This document shows, piece by piece, positions 1 to 8,383 of a stretch of 58,726 bases of DNA. Location of the stretch: positions 1 through 58,726 of IMG/VR virus record IMGVR_UViG_3300012942_000005. One strand, written 5' to 3'. This DNA is from a virus. Taxonomy: Duplodnaviria; Caudoviricetes. Position numbers and translations under genes: made by a program. The stretch's first letter is position 1; each line of letters begins with the position of its first letter. The notes below the pieces were generated by a model that saw nothing but the letters and a program-made list of their open reading frames with translations, searched no databases and was not told the DNA's origin.

Positions 1-123
1 ACGGTGAGAGTGCGGATCTGATTGGTGAGATAGGCGTTCTGTTCGCGGAGTTTTGCATTCTCCTGTTCGAGTGACCCGGCCCGGCGGAAATAGTAATGGC
101 CGTCGATGCGCTTTCGCCCAGCG
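1..123. repeat. Terminal direct repeat, identical to 58604-58726 (circular assembly overlap)
   Basis: First 123 nt match the last 123 nt exactly; an ORF reads in frame through the join. Confidence 0.95.
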
Positions 124-698
124 AGACGTTCTTCTTGCTCGCTGACTTCACGGTGAGCCTGTGCGGCAAGTTCGGCTTTGGAGTTCTCGACGCGTTGCTC
201 GATATGCTCCGCGAACGATCCCATGCCCACATTAGCAGGGCCGGGCGGATCGAGGGGCGCGTCTTGGTGCGGCTTGGCTCGCGGATCGACCTGGCGTAGC
301 TGCAACGATTCGATAAAGTCGGGATCGACGAAGTTGTTCGGCATTGTGGGGAGCGGCAATGGGGGTGCGGGGTCAGTGTGCTGGAGTACGCCGGTGAAGC
401 TGATGGGTTCTTTGGTGCAGCAAAGTTGGTCGCACATCGCTTGGAAAGGGTTCGAGGGCGTGTAGTTGAAAGCGTCGGTCGCGCGGTCGCGGTCGAGGTT
501 GAGGTTAGCGATGCTTTGAAACGGGGTCGGGGCGGGATTGACTTTGTCGATCAATGCGGACAGGTCGATTGGCTGTTGCTCCCTCACTTCTTGAACGGAT
601 TGGTTCATGCGGTTGATGTGGGAAAGGGCGGCGCAGAACTCGGCGGCAGTACTGCATTCGAGGGTGAAGCCGGCGGCGTCTGTGTAGATGATGGGCAT
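1..698 (-). CDS. Hypothetical protein, 5' part of a ~350-aa ORF that wraps the contig join and continues at 58603-58249
   Basis: Manual translation from ATG at 698 (MPIIYTDAAGFTLEC...QIRTLT) is open to base 1 and joins in frame to VEHNDPQQ... of ORF 58249..58605; missing from the ORF track. Confidence 0.75.
   Translation of the reverse strand, partial: MPIIYTDAAGFTLECSTAAEFCAALSHINRMNQSVQEVREQQPIDLSALIDKVNPAPTPFQSIANLNLDRDRATDAFNYTPSNPFQAMCDQLCCTKEPISFTGVLQHTDPAPPLPLPTMPNNFVDPDFIESLQLRQVDPRAKPHQDAPLDPPGPANVGMGSFAEHIEQRVENSKAELAAQAHREVSEQEERLAGRKRIDGHYYFRRAGSLEQENAKLREQNAYLTNQIRTLT
95..123. repeat. 29-bp exact inverted repeat, partner at 4942-4970
   Basis: aatggccgtcgatgcgctttcgcccagcg is the reverse complement of 4942-4970. 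Confidence 0.9.
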
Positions 699-1004
699 TT
701 GGGTTAGCTCCGGTCGAGCGGCAGCGCCGCGAGAGTAAGGCTGATGATGGACATTTGGTAGGTTCCAAAAATTGAGGTTTTAAAAATGGACCGAGTGAGA
801 TTGCTTGCGTAGGATAGCGCAGAAAGGCGGACGGAGGGGGATAGAATAGTATGATTCGAAAATTTATAGTTTTTCTGGAAAGGTAGCCCGGTACGGACAA
901 CAGGTACCCGGTCTGCGCAGCGCGGGGGTGGTGGGGTCCGCCCGCAGCGCAGGTCGCTGCGACCAGCCGGGCTGTGCCTCCCGGCCGCTGGGCTGTGAGA
1001 GCCG

Positions 1005-1172
1005 CTAGGCAGCGCGCGCCCGATCCTCAGCTTGCGCTGCCTGCCAGCCATCGCGCCACTCAAGCGAGCCTCGCTCACCCGACCCATAAGGGCTCTGCCA
1101 CTCCTCCGCGCCATCCAGATAGGCATTATAGCCGCTGGTATAGGCGCGCTGCGCTTCGCTCAATCTCTGCAT
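1005..1172 (-). CDS. Rmf/CrpP-fold small protein (ribosome modulation factor-like), 55 aa
   Basis: Manual translation MQRLSEAQRAYTSGYNAYLDGAEEWQSPYGSGERGSLEWRDGWQAAQAEDRARAA; GY.A...G...PY...W..GW pattern; GGAGA RBS; below the ORF-track cutoff. Confidence 0.7.
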   Translation of the reverse strand: MQRLSEAQRAYTSGYNAYLDGAEEWQSPYGSGERGSLEWRDGWQAAQAEDRARAA

Positions 1173-1220
1173 TTCATTCTCCCGATCCGGCTCGCGCCCA
1201 ATGCGCTAGCCCATGACTTA

Positions 1221-1249
1221 ATCATAGGCCAGCCCGCAAAGAAATGCAA
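1221..1249 (-). promoter_or_regulatory. sigma70-type early promoter for the Rmf-like gene
   Basis: TTGCAT-17-TATGAT on the minus strand with an AT-rich upstream tract. Confidence 0.65.
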
Positions 1250-1267
1250 GAAAAATCTTTCGCCTAA

Positions 1268-1504
1268 TCAAATGATGCCGATATCCAGCCCATTGAGCCA
1301 TTGGCAAAGCGCATCCAATTTGAATGCTTCGCATGCGATGCGCTCGCGGCTATCGCCATTCTCGCCATTAGCGTAATAATCTGCGCTCGCATCTTCTTCG
1401 CAAAGCGCATTCAATGCCGCGCATTCATCCGCTTGCAGCGGGCGCGCGAGGATGAGCAGCAAGCTATCATCCCGATAAGGCTCCGCTTCGATTTTGAATT
1501 GCAT
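1268..1504 (-). CDS. Early hypothetical protein (78 aa, acidic, no Val or Thr)
   Basis: AGGGG RBS before ATG at 1504 (MQFKIEAE...). Confidence 0.65.
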   Translation of the reverse strand: MQFKIEAEPYRDDSLLLILARPLQADECAALNALCEEDASADYYANGENGDSRERIACEAFKLDALCQWLNGLDIGII

Positions 1505-1517
1505 GATATTCCCCTGA

Positions 1518-1712
1518 TTAATTGGCCGGCAATTCGCTTTCGCGCATTGCGGCTTCGAATTCGGCCATAGAGCTATCGGCCGCGCAAGCAATCTCGCGGC
1601 CCTTGCTGCCCTTCGCGAAGCTCTTATAATGCTTCGCAAGCGCGGCGGCTGCATTCTTCGCGCGAATCTGATTGATATTCTGGCTTCGATAATAGATATA
1701 GAATTCTTTCAT
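1518..1712 (-). CDS. Early hypothetical protein (64 aa, no Val or Thr)
   Basis: AAGGGG RBS; tandem with the downstream ORF. Confidence 0.65.
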   Translation of the reverse strand: MKEFYIYYRSQNINQIRAKNAAAALAKHYKSFAKGSKGREIACAADSSMAEFEAAMRESELPAN

Positions 1713-1869
1713 TTCGCTTCCCCTTCTCTTGATTGATCCAATGGCTAAATAATAGAGGAAAAATCTTTCTTAGCTACGTAGGGTTTTCCCTAGTATTTCT
1801 AAGGGAAGAATCTTTCCTATAATGCTTCTCATGGCAGCGCGATTGGCGCGCGGCGAATAGGGGATTAAA

Positions 1870-2094
1870 ATGAGCGATATTCAGGAATATGAAATTCATC
1901 CCGAATATGCGAAAGCATTGCGCGCGATTATTAATGATCCGCGCCAGCCAAATGTCATTCGCATCGCGGCGATTAAAGAATATCGCTATCTGGCTCAGAA
2001 TATGCCGAAGGGCGCAAGCATCGAAGGCGATGACGAATATCTAGCTGACTTCGCGGGCGAATTCTTCGAAGAATTCCCTGCTCCGAACGATTGA
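1870..2094 (+). CDS. Early hypothetical protein with acidic C-terminus
   Basis: AGGGG RBS; TATAAT at ~1818. Confidence 0.65.
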   Translation: MSDIQEYEIHPEYAKALRAIINDPRQPNVIRIAAIKEYRYLAQNMPKGASIEGDDEYLADFAGEFFEEFPAPND

Positions 2095-2427
2095 TAGCCA
2101 CATTAGCCGCCGAGCAAGCCACGCCCGCCTCTGTGCGGGCTATCGGCGCTTCTGTTCCCATAGCAATTTCACTATCGCTTTCGAGCGACATGCGATAATG
2201 CCCATTATGGTAAATGAATCTTTCGATCCTTTCAATCGAAATTCTTTTCGAATCAATGGCTTAGGCGCGGCTCGCTGATAATGTAAGCATTATGAAATTT
2301 ATCTGCAAGTTAGCTGCAAGATATATCATGTATTAACGGACTACTTACGCTAGTACCTTCTGAGGATATGCCAAATTTTCCTATCATAGTTCTTTAGGGA
2401 AAATCTTCCGAATGCACGAAATAAATA

Positions 2428-2456
2428 TTGATGCGATGCGGGAATGCCTCTAGCAT
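2428..2456 (+). promoter_or_regulatory. sigma70-type early promoter
   Basis: TTGATG-17-TAGCAT upstream of 2509. Confidence 0.55.
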
Positions 2457-2508
2457 TAGTCCTAGGCGCTTCACTTTCGAACGCCTTTCAATCTGATAGG
2501 GGATTACT

Positions 2509-2847
2509 ATGGAAGTCGTAGCTTTCATTGCAGAAGACGGCCACAAGCTCTATGCCATCGGGCCTTTCAAAGATAAGGCGAGTGCGAATGCGGCTGCGGA
2601 TCGCGCAAGCGCCGGCCTCAATGCCAGCCCGGCCAGCATGCGCCATCGGCCCAGCGGGGCTATCACCGGGCGCGCATGGGCGATCTTCGATCTGCTCCAA
2701 GGCAAGCCGCGCGGCGAATTGATTGCGGAATGCGAGCGGCAAGGCATCAAGAAAGGGACCGCTGGCGCGCAGTACAGCCGCTGGGCGCGCGCTCGCAAGC
2801 CGGATAGCCGGGCGAACGGGGATTCGCGAAATGCACGCAGCAGCTAA
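2509..2847 (+). CDS. Early protein, paralog 1 of the GTxxxQ(Y/F)xxW putative HTH family
   Basis: TGRAWAIFD...GIKKGTAGAQYSRW; AGGGG RBS. Confidence 0.7.
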   Translation: MEVVAFIAEDGHKLYAIGPFKDKASANAAADRASAGLNASPASMRHRPSGAITGRAWAIFDLLQGKPRGELIAECERQGIKKGTAGAQYSRWARARKPDSRANGDSRNARSS

Positions 2848-3024
2848 TCAGGGCCAGGTTAGCTAATTCGGGGATCGGCCCAGCAAGAGGCAATACATTT
2901 CTTCAACATGAACAGATAAGCGATTAAAAAGTAGTATTGGAAAAGCGCGTTGCCCTGAATTAATATTCTTACATGGGCAACGCGCAATCCCGCGCCAAGG
3001 CCCTGAATCTTAAGGATAATCATC

Positions 3025-3612
3025 ATGGCCTTCCCAACGAACATCGCGGCAATCAACGCCGCCAATGCTTTCCTCAAAGCCCAAGGGCTCCCGAAGGAAC
3101 AGCGCGCTCAGTTCTTCAAAATCGAAAAGCTCGATGGCGAATGGCATAGCCGCCAGATCGCCCCCTTCCCCGCGCCTCGTGATCCGCTTTCCTGCCTGAT
3201 GATCGAGCGGGATGGCATCTATCCCTTCCCCAAGGCTGGCGAAGGCGCGGAAGCGGATGCCACGAAAGCTAGCGAGGAAGATTTTGCAGCGGCTCAGGCC
3301 GCAGCGGATCGCGCGGCGGATGCCCAGCAATCGGCCGGCATCAAGGGCGGCAAGGAATGGATTCGGATGAGCACGATCGAGCGCCCGACCAAAATGGTGC
3401 ATGTGATTGCGGATGAAATGGTGGCCGCAGCAGCCGCCGAAGGCCGCGAGCGCCCGAGCCGCAAGGAAATCCAAGATGAATGCGTGCGCCGGGGGATCGC
3501 CAGCGGCACCGCTCGTACCCAGTACCAGGCATGGAAAAAGGCGAACGACAATGCCGCCGCCAATGCCGCGAATGCCGCCGCTCTCAGCGCCGCTTTCTCC
3601 CGACGCATCTAG
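3025..3612 (+). CDS. Early protein, paralog 2 of the same family
   Basis: TKMVHVIAD...GIASGTARTQYQAW; AAGGA RBS. Confidence 0.75.
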   Translation: MAFPTNIAAINAANAFLKAQGLPKEQRAQFFKIEKLDGEWHSRQIAPFPAPRDPLSCLMIERDGIYPFPKAGEGAEADATKASEEDFAAAQAAADRAADAQQSAGIKGGKEWIRMSTIERPTKMVHVIADEMVAAAAAEGRERPSRKEIQDECVRRGIASGTARTQYQAWKKANDNAAANAANAAALSAAFSRRI

Positions 3613-3687
3613 TCTCTACATTTCGAACATCGTCTGTTCTCGCTATCGCTCGACTGGGGCGATAGCGACCATCTATCGGAGAAAATC

Positions 3688-3822
3688 ATGATCGCCATCG
3701 GCATTCTTCTTTTCGTCGGCTGCATCTTGTACCATCGTTGGATCACCGGCTGTTGGACTACTCGCCATCCCTACAATCGCAATAGCAGTTCTCTATCAAT
3801 CACCGAACGCGATAGCCACTGA
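3688..3822 (+). CDS. Small putative membrane protein (44 aa)
   Basis: GGAGA RBS; MIAIGILLFVGCILY hydrophobic start. Confidence 0.4.
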   Translation: MIAIGILLFVGCILYHRWITGCWTTRHPYNRNSSSLSITERDSH

Positions 3823-3958
3823 TCTGCCCTACAAGCTATCACCCGAGCATTCCCAATAGAGTATCTCACATGGCAAAATTCTTCCTCGCTGCTATACTTC
3901 TTTTCATAGCAGCACTCATCAAGCGCCCCGCAAGCAAGCGCGGCCATCACTAGCCACA

Positions 3959-4480
3959 TTATTCCGTCCAAGGCGCGGGTATCGCTTCAATATCGAAATA
4001 CCAAAGGATCGCTCGCAGCGCATCGCCCCAGCTATCGAACACCGCATACAGATAGCCAGCCGAACCGAGATACGCGCCGAACTCTTTTTGCTCGGCGCTT
4101 TCACCTTTGAGCTTCCCCGGGGCTTTCATTTCGATACAAAACCCGTGGTACCCTCTAGCTGGCCACATTATCGCAATGTCGCTCACCCCTGCTCGCTGGC
4201 CCTCCGCTTTCATGTTCGCTCCGGCAATCATCGCAGACCGCCTATCGCCTCCCCGCGTCCCACCATTCGGCACCGCGTGTACCCATTTCAGCGCATCCGC
4301 GATCCGCCACAATCTATCACGTTCCTCTCTCGCACCATCCGCCCCATACCCCGCGTCCGCAATCTCCGCATTGTTCGCCGCTTTCTCCACTGCAACCCGA
4401 TACGCAGCCAACGCAGCAAACAGCGCGACCTGCTGCGAATGCTCACTAGCACCTGCCAACTTTTCTGGGCTCATGTTCAT
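3959..4480 (-). CDS. VRR-NUC family nuclease (putative Holliday junction resolvase)
   Basis: HAVPNGG...EG.RAGVSD...IEMKAP...SAEQKEF motifs. Confidence 0.85.
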   Translation of the reverse strand: MNMSPEKLAGASEHSQQVALFAALAAYRVAVEKAANNAEIADAGYGADGAREERDRLWRIADALKWVHAVPNGGTRGGDRRSAMIAGANMKAEGQRAGVSDIAIMWPARGYHGFCIEMKAPGKLKGESAEQKEFGAYLGSAGYLYAVFDSWGDALRAILWYFDIEAIPAPWTE

Positions 4481-4641
4481 TCCTTAAAGTCGGGCATCGG
4501 GCTATGGCGATTCCATAATCCGGTCGCGACATTGAACTCATACAACCAGCCATCATCCCCTTCCGCGAACAGCGCGCTATCGTTGAAATCAAATCCGGGC
4601 ACTTGATGCATTCTCACAAAGTTAACTTTCACATCAGACAT
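4477..4641 (-). CDS. Small hypothetical protein (54 aa)
   Basis: MSDVKVNFVRMHQV...; AAGGA RBS; ATGA overlap with VRR-NUC. Confidence 0.5.
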   Translation of the reverse strand: MSDVKVNFVRMHQVPGFDFNDSALFAEGDDGWLYEFNVATGLWNRHSPMPDFKE

Positions 4642-4649
4642 TTCATTTT

Positions 4650-4834
4650 CCTTTCAGGGGTAAAATAAAATTAAAAAATTATTTCGAATCCGCGAAAATG
4701 CCGATGGGTAAATTAGGCTCCCCTTATCCCTTCGGGAATAAGGGGGAGAGCCTATTATTTTACCCGCATTTCAGGGCATCGCCAGCCATATATTTACCCT
4801 CTCGATTAATTTACCCGCCGAATATTTTACCCTT
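4650..4834. other. Putative replication origin (hairpin plus iterons)
   Basis: AT-rich tract, long imperfect palindrome 4696-4771 centred on cTTCGg, six TTTACCC/GGGTAAA copies, directly downstream of the primase gene. Confidence 0.55.
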
Positions 4835-7267
4835 TCAACTATCTTTCAACTGGATACTATTTCCACTCACTTCGAATATTTCACCGCTATCCAACATGCC
4901 GGTAAACGCTCGGGTCATATTCTTGATCGATTGATGTGCTCCGCTGGGCGAAAGCGCATCGACGGCCATTTGCGCAGTTTCGTAAGTGATCGGCCCACCA
5001 TTCGCTTTGCATGCTGCGTCAATCGCCGCGATGATCCGCTGCTGTTGCGCGCCCCCACCTTTCGGCCGGCCACGAGCATTCTTCGGGGTCGGGTCATCTG
5101 AATTCTGCGCGTTCGCCACATTAGCCCGTTCCGCCGCACTATAGGTTTCGCCGCCTTTGGGTCGGGTCGCCGCTGGCGCATCCGCACTCCCACCTCTCAT
5201 CGGCTCGCGCTTGCCACGCCCAGCCGATCCACCGGCTCCCGGTCCGCTCGCAATTTTCGGTCTTGCAAGCGTGCCAGTGTTAACAATCTCATGTACTTCG
5301 CCTGTCTCTACATCAACATGCTCAGTCGCCACCGGCTCAATCGCCACGCTCATCACCGGCCCATCCTCATCAAAGCCGATTTGTACCTCGCGCATGTCGA
5401 ACAACTTCTCATAGCCGTCGCGCCCATCCTTCACTTTCTGCGCACGCCAACCTCTGCGCCCTTCGATCAAACGCGGCTGTTCTACCGGCTTGCCATCATG
5501 GCCCATCGCGGGCTTCGTCCATACTTCGCGCAGCACTTCAAGAATCCCATCCATCGCCCCATACAACGAACTGTGGCCGCGCATCGACTGATTCTCTTTA
5601 CTCTTGGTCGCATGGTGTACGATCAACACGAGCGATCCGGTCTCGCGCTGGATAAACTTCATCGCCTTCAACAATTCGCCCATATCGCGCGAGCTATTCT
5701 CGTCCGCCCCATCGCTCGCCTGATTCAGCGTATCAATGACCACGACGCCGCCTTCCCGCCCATTCGCTCGCAGATCAGCACAGAGCCGAACCAGCCGATC
5801 CGCGTTCTCATGCTGCATCCGATCCGCATCACGCAGCGCAAACGAGCCGTTCTTAGCGCTATCCCAAAAGTAAACTTGGGTCGGGTAATCGCGCTTGTTG
5901 ACTAACTCCCAAGCCTTGACGCGCCCTTTCAATCCGCCTTCACCTTCAAGCGCGAATACGCTCACTGGCAGTTGCTTAGTCCGCAATCCGAACCAGCGCG
6001 AGCCCTGCGCGATGGCCGCAATCAGATCGATACCCACAAAGGATTTACCCGCGCCTGATTCGCCATAGATCGCGCCAACGCCACCGGACGGAAACAATCC
6101 TTTCACTACCCATTCAATATCGGGTGATCGCGCCAGATCGTCTTTGGTCAACCAATTGAATCCCGCGAAGCCGCTTTCATTCTGGCCGGGTGCCGCCGCG
6201 CTATTGGCTGGGGCCGCTTGCTGGGCGCTAGCCGGCGCTTCACTTTCCGCGCTCGCTTCGCCGCTGGGCGCTGGCTCGCTTGCAGCCGCGCGGCTCGCCT
6301 CTATCTGCGCCTGATATTGCGCCATAAGCGCATTCGAGCCCTCACGAAAGTCGTAATCCTTCGCAATCTGCTCATCGCGGCGCAAGGCCATCCGCGCAGC
6401 ATTCAGCGTGCGGCCGAGATACTGACCCCAATCGCTCGTTCTGCTCTTGTAGTGCTCGCGGGCTTTGGCGCGCGGCGTTTTGAGGAACATGCGCAGCGCT
6501 GCTGCGATCCGGTCCTTGCTGCGCGTGAATTTCATGAACGCTTGGATAAGCGACATGTCGCCTTCCGATCCGCCGCCGCCATCCGGGCGCAGATCGTGGC
6601 CGTAAAAGAAGTGTTCGAGATTGCGCGCATTCTGCCAAGACGACATGCTGGCAATTAGCGCATCATCCAATGCCATGTCTTCGGGGCTGGGGTGATTCAC
6701 CGCCTCGATATCGTAGCCCAGCGAATCGACGCCCGCGTCATCAAATGCGCGCTTGTACTTATTGGCCAGATAGTCAAGCCAAGGTTGCGCTTTCGCAACA
6801 TCAGCAGTCACGCTATCAATGTGGCCAGTCATCACCACGAAGCCCTTGTTGCCGTAGCATTCGATGCCGGCCGTCTGAGCATTGAAGTCGTGCGGCAGTT
6901 TGCCCTCAATGACGATATGCGCGCCCTTGCCGCTGACGCTGCGCTCGACATAAGTGCTCTTGCATGCTTCTTGCCACAAGGACGCCTTTACATCGCTCGC
7001 TTCGACGTCGTACACTCGGTCTTCTTTCCAGTCCAGATCAATGATCGTGAACGGATCGTCCGGCGTCGGGCAGTACCCAATGCGCAAGCCAAAGCGACCG
7101 CCTAGCTCGACTGCATCAGAGAAACACAACCATTGATCGGGTCGATTCTTGGAGCCAGCGTAAACGGATTCTTCGCCCCAGTCATAAGCAACTGGCGCTT
7201 TATTCGCTCCCGCTAACATCCATTGGGCGCGCTCGCGCATCGCCGCAGGAATGTTGTAAACACTCAT
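4835..7267 (-). CDS. DNA primase-polymerase / RecA-type (AAA_25) helicase fusion
   Basis: N-terminal IIDLD and SxSGKGAH; C-terminal Walker A GESGAGKS, Walker B VVIDTL, IVHH. Confidence 0.9.
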   Translation of the reverse strand: MSVYNIPAAMRERAQWMLAGANKAPVAYDWGEESVYAGSKNRPDQWLCFSDAVELGGRFGLRIGYCPTPDDPFTIIDLDWKEDRVYDVEASDVKASLWQEACKSTYVERSVSGKGAHIVIEGKLPHDFNAQTAGIECYGNKGFVVMTGHIDSVTADVAKAQPWLDYLANKYKRAFDDAGVDSLGYDIEAVNHPSPEDMALDDALIASMSSWQNARNLEHFFYGHDLRPDGGGGSEGDMSLIQAFMKFTRSKDRIAAALRMFLKTPRAKAREHYKSRTSDWGQYLGRTLNAARMALRRDEQIAKDYDFREGSNALMAQYQAQIEASRAAASEPAPSGEASAESEAPASAQQAAPANSAAAPGQNESGFAGFNWLTKDDLARSPDIEWVVKGLFPSGGVGAIYGESGAGKSFVGIDLIAAIAQGSRWFGLRTKQLPVSVFALEGEGGLKGRVKAWELVNKRDYPTQVYFWDSAKNGSFALRDADRMQHENADRLVRLCADLRANGREGGVVVIDTLNQASDGADENSSRDMGELLKAMKFIQRETGSLVLIVHHATKSKENQSMRGHSSLYGAMDGILEVLREVWTKPAMGHDGKPVEQPRLIEGRRGWRAQKVKDGRDGYEKLFDMREVQIGFDEDGPVMSVAIEPVATEHVDVETGEVHEIVNTGTLARPKIASGPGAGGSAGRGKREPMRGGSADAPAATRPKGGETYSAAERANVANAQNSDDPTPKNARGRPKGGGAQQQRIIAAIDAACKANGGPITYETAQMAVDALSPSGAHQSIKNMTRAFTGMLDSGEIFEVSGNSIQLKDS

Positions 7268-7271
7268 GGGA

Positions 7272-7466
7272 TTACTGTACCTTGAGGGTGGTGCCGCTCA
7301 ACAGATTGTAGATCGCTTCGCACAACTCGACGGACGGAATGTTCACGCCCGCTTTGATGTTGACGATCGTGCGCGTGGTGCAGCCGCAATGCTCGGCGAT
7401 AACCGTTTGCGGGATCGGTGTGGTTTCAAGTAGCTCACGCGTTCGCGTCAGCAGGGCGGATGCCAT
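7272..7466 (-). CDS. Cro/XRE-like HTH protein
   Basis: QTVIAEHCGCTTRTIVNIKAG...PS pattern. Confidence 0.75.
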   Translation of the reverse strand: MASALLTRTRELLETTPIPQTVIAEHCGCTTRTIVNIKAGVNIPSVELCEAIYNLLSGTTLKVQ

Positions 7467-7507
7467 GTCAGAGGCTCCTTATATAGATGGAAAGGGCAGG
7501 GATTGGA

Positions 7508-7599
7508 GCATAGCCCCATCGCGGCCGGAATGCAAGAAGAATATTTCACTACATTAAATGAAAAATATTGCTTGCGAAAAACATTGCTTGGCCTATAAT
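7508..7599. promoter_or_regulatory. Divergent sigma70-type promoters
   Basis: Minus strand TTGCAT-17-TATGCT; plus strand cTTGCGA-16-TATAAT. Confidence 0.7.
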
Positions 7600-7631
7600 A
7601 GATTCATTGGATGACCAAACAGGGGAACGCA

Positions 7632-7892
7632 ATGAACATCAAGACGAACAAGATTCTCAACGATCTGGATGATGTAGCGATGGGTCGTGCATATCACGGG
7701 AACTCGCTGAACGCCGCACTGGCTACTTTCATCCTGTCCGATAGTGAGCGCGCGATGATTACTCGTTTTCGGAATGGGGTGGCGCATAACATGGACCACG
7801 TTGCGCTTCAAGATTTCGTACGCGAAACCCGCATGGACCACGTTGCGCTTCAAGATTTCGTACGCGAAACCCGCCGCAACGAACGCGATTAG
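7632..7892 (+). CDS. Early hypothetical protein with a duplicated 14-aa unit
   Basis: AGGGG RBS; MDHVALQDFVRETR twice. Confidence 0.65.
   Translation: MNIKTNKILNDLDDVAMGRAYHGNSLNAALATFILSDSERAMITRFRNGVAHNMDHVALQDFVRETRMDHVALQDFVRETRRNERD
7790..7873 (+). repeat. Perfect 42-bp tandem duplication
   Basis: catggaccacgttgcgcttcaagatttcgtacgcgaaacccg x2. Confidence 0.95.
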
Positions 7893-7911
7893 CTGCACGG
7901 AGGTGCATATC

Positions 7912-8115
7912 ATGAGACCGAAGATTTATACCACAGGTGACGGGCGCGACAAGCAGTATGCCCGTCATGAGAACGGAACGCTGTTTGCTCGCGACTATCG
8001 GCCTGACATTCCGGGCTGGGGCAAATGGCACGTGAGCATCAATCAGCATCCGTTCGGCCTCTACCCCGCTCCGCGCTACGGGCACGCACGACTGCCCGAA
8101 CTGGAATCAGTTTAA
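7912..8115 (+). CDS. Early hypothetical protein
   Basis: GGAGGT RBS; MRPKIYTTG...; ends in phage-typical ARLP. Confidence 0.65.
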   Translation: MRPKIYTTGDGRDKQYARHENGTLFARDYRPDIPGWGKWHVSINQHPFGLYPAPRYGHARLPELESV

Positions 8116-8221
8116 AAGTGAGGTGTATCATGATGATGAAAACCTACTGGATTCGCTATCGCGACTCCCTCGGCCGCTGGACCCGTCGCCCGTACATCAT
8201 GTTCTGCGTGGAGCAGGGATC

Positions 8222-8383
8222 ATGAACGCCGAAGAAGCCGAGCGTTTTACCTTGTTGGCCGAGTTATTGGCGCAAGGTTACGCTGACGAAGCACAAGAAC
8301 ATGAGGACGAAGACCTCAAAATGACCGAGGCCGAACGCCTCGTTGACTTCACGTTGTACATACTCTCAAAGGTGAAAAAGTGA
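8222..8383 (+). CDS. Small acidic hypothetical protein
   Basis: MNAEEAERF...; GTGA overlap with the next gene. Confidence 0.5.
   Translation: MNAEEAERFTLLAELLAQGYADEAQEHEDEDLKMTEAERLVDFTLYILSKVKK

Noticed and set aside
1-123. 123-bp repeat as a biological terminal repeat
   Set aside because: It falls inside a continuous ORF, so it is better explained as assembler circular overlap
7272-7466. Lysogeny switch / temperate lifestyle
   Set aside because: Only a lone Cro-like HTH; no integrase, CI-like repressor or partition genes recognised
7790-7873. Mini CRISPR array
   Set aside because: Units are directly adjacent with no spacer and are in frame within a gene
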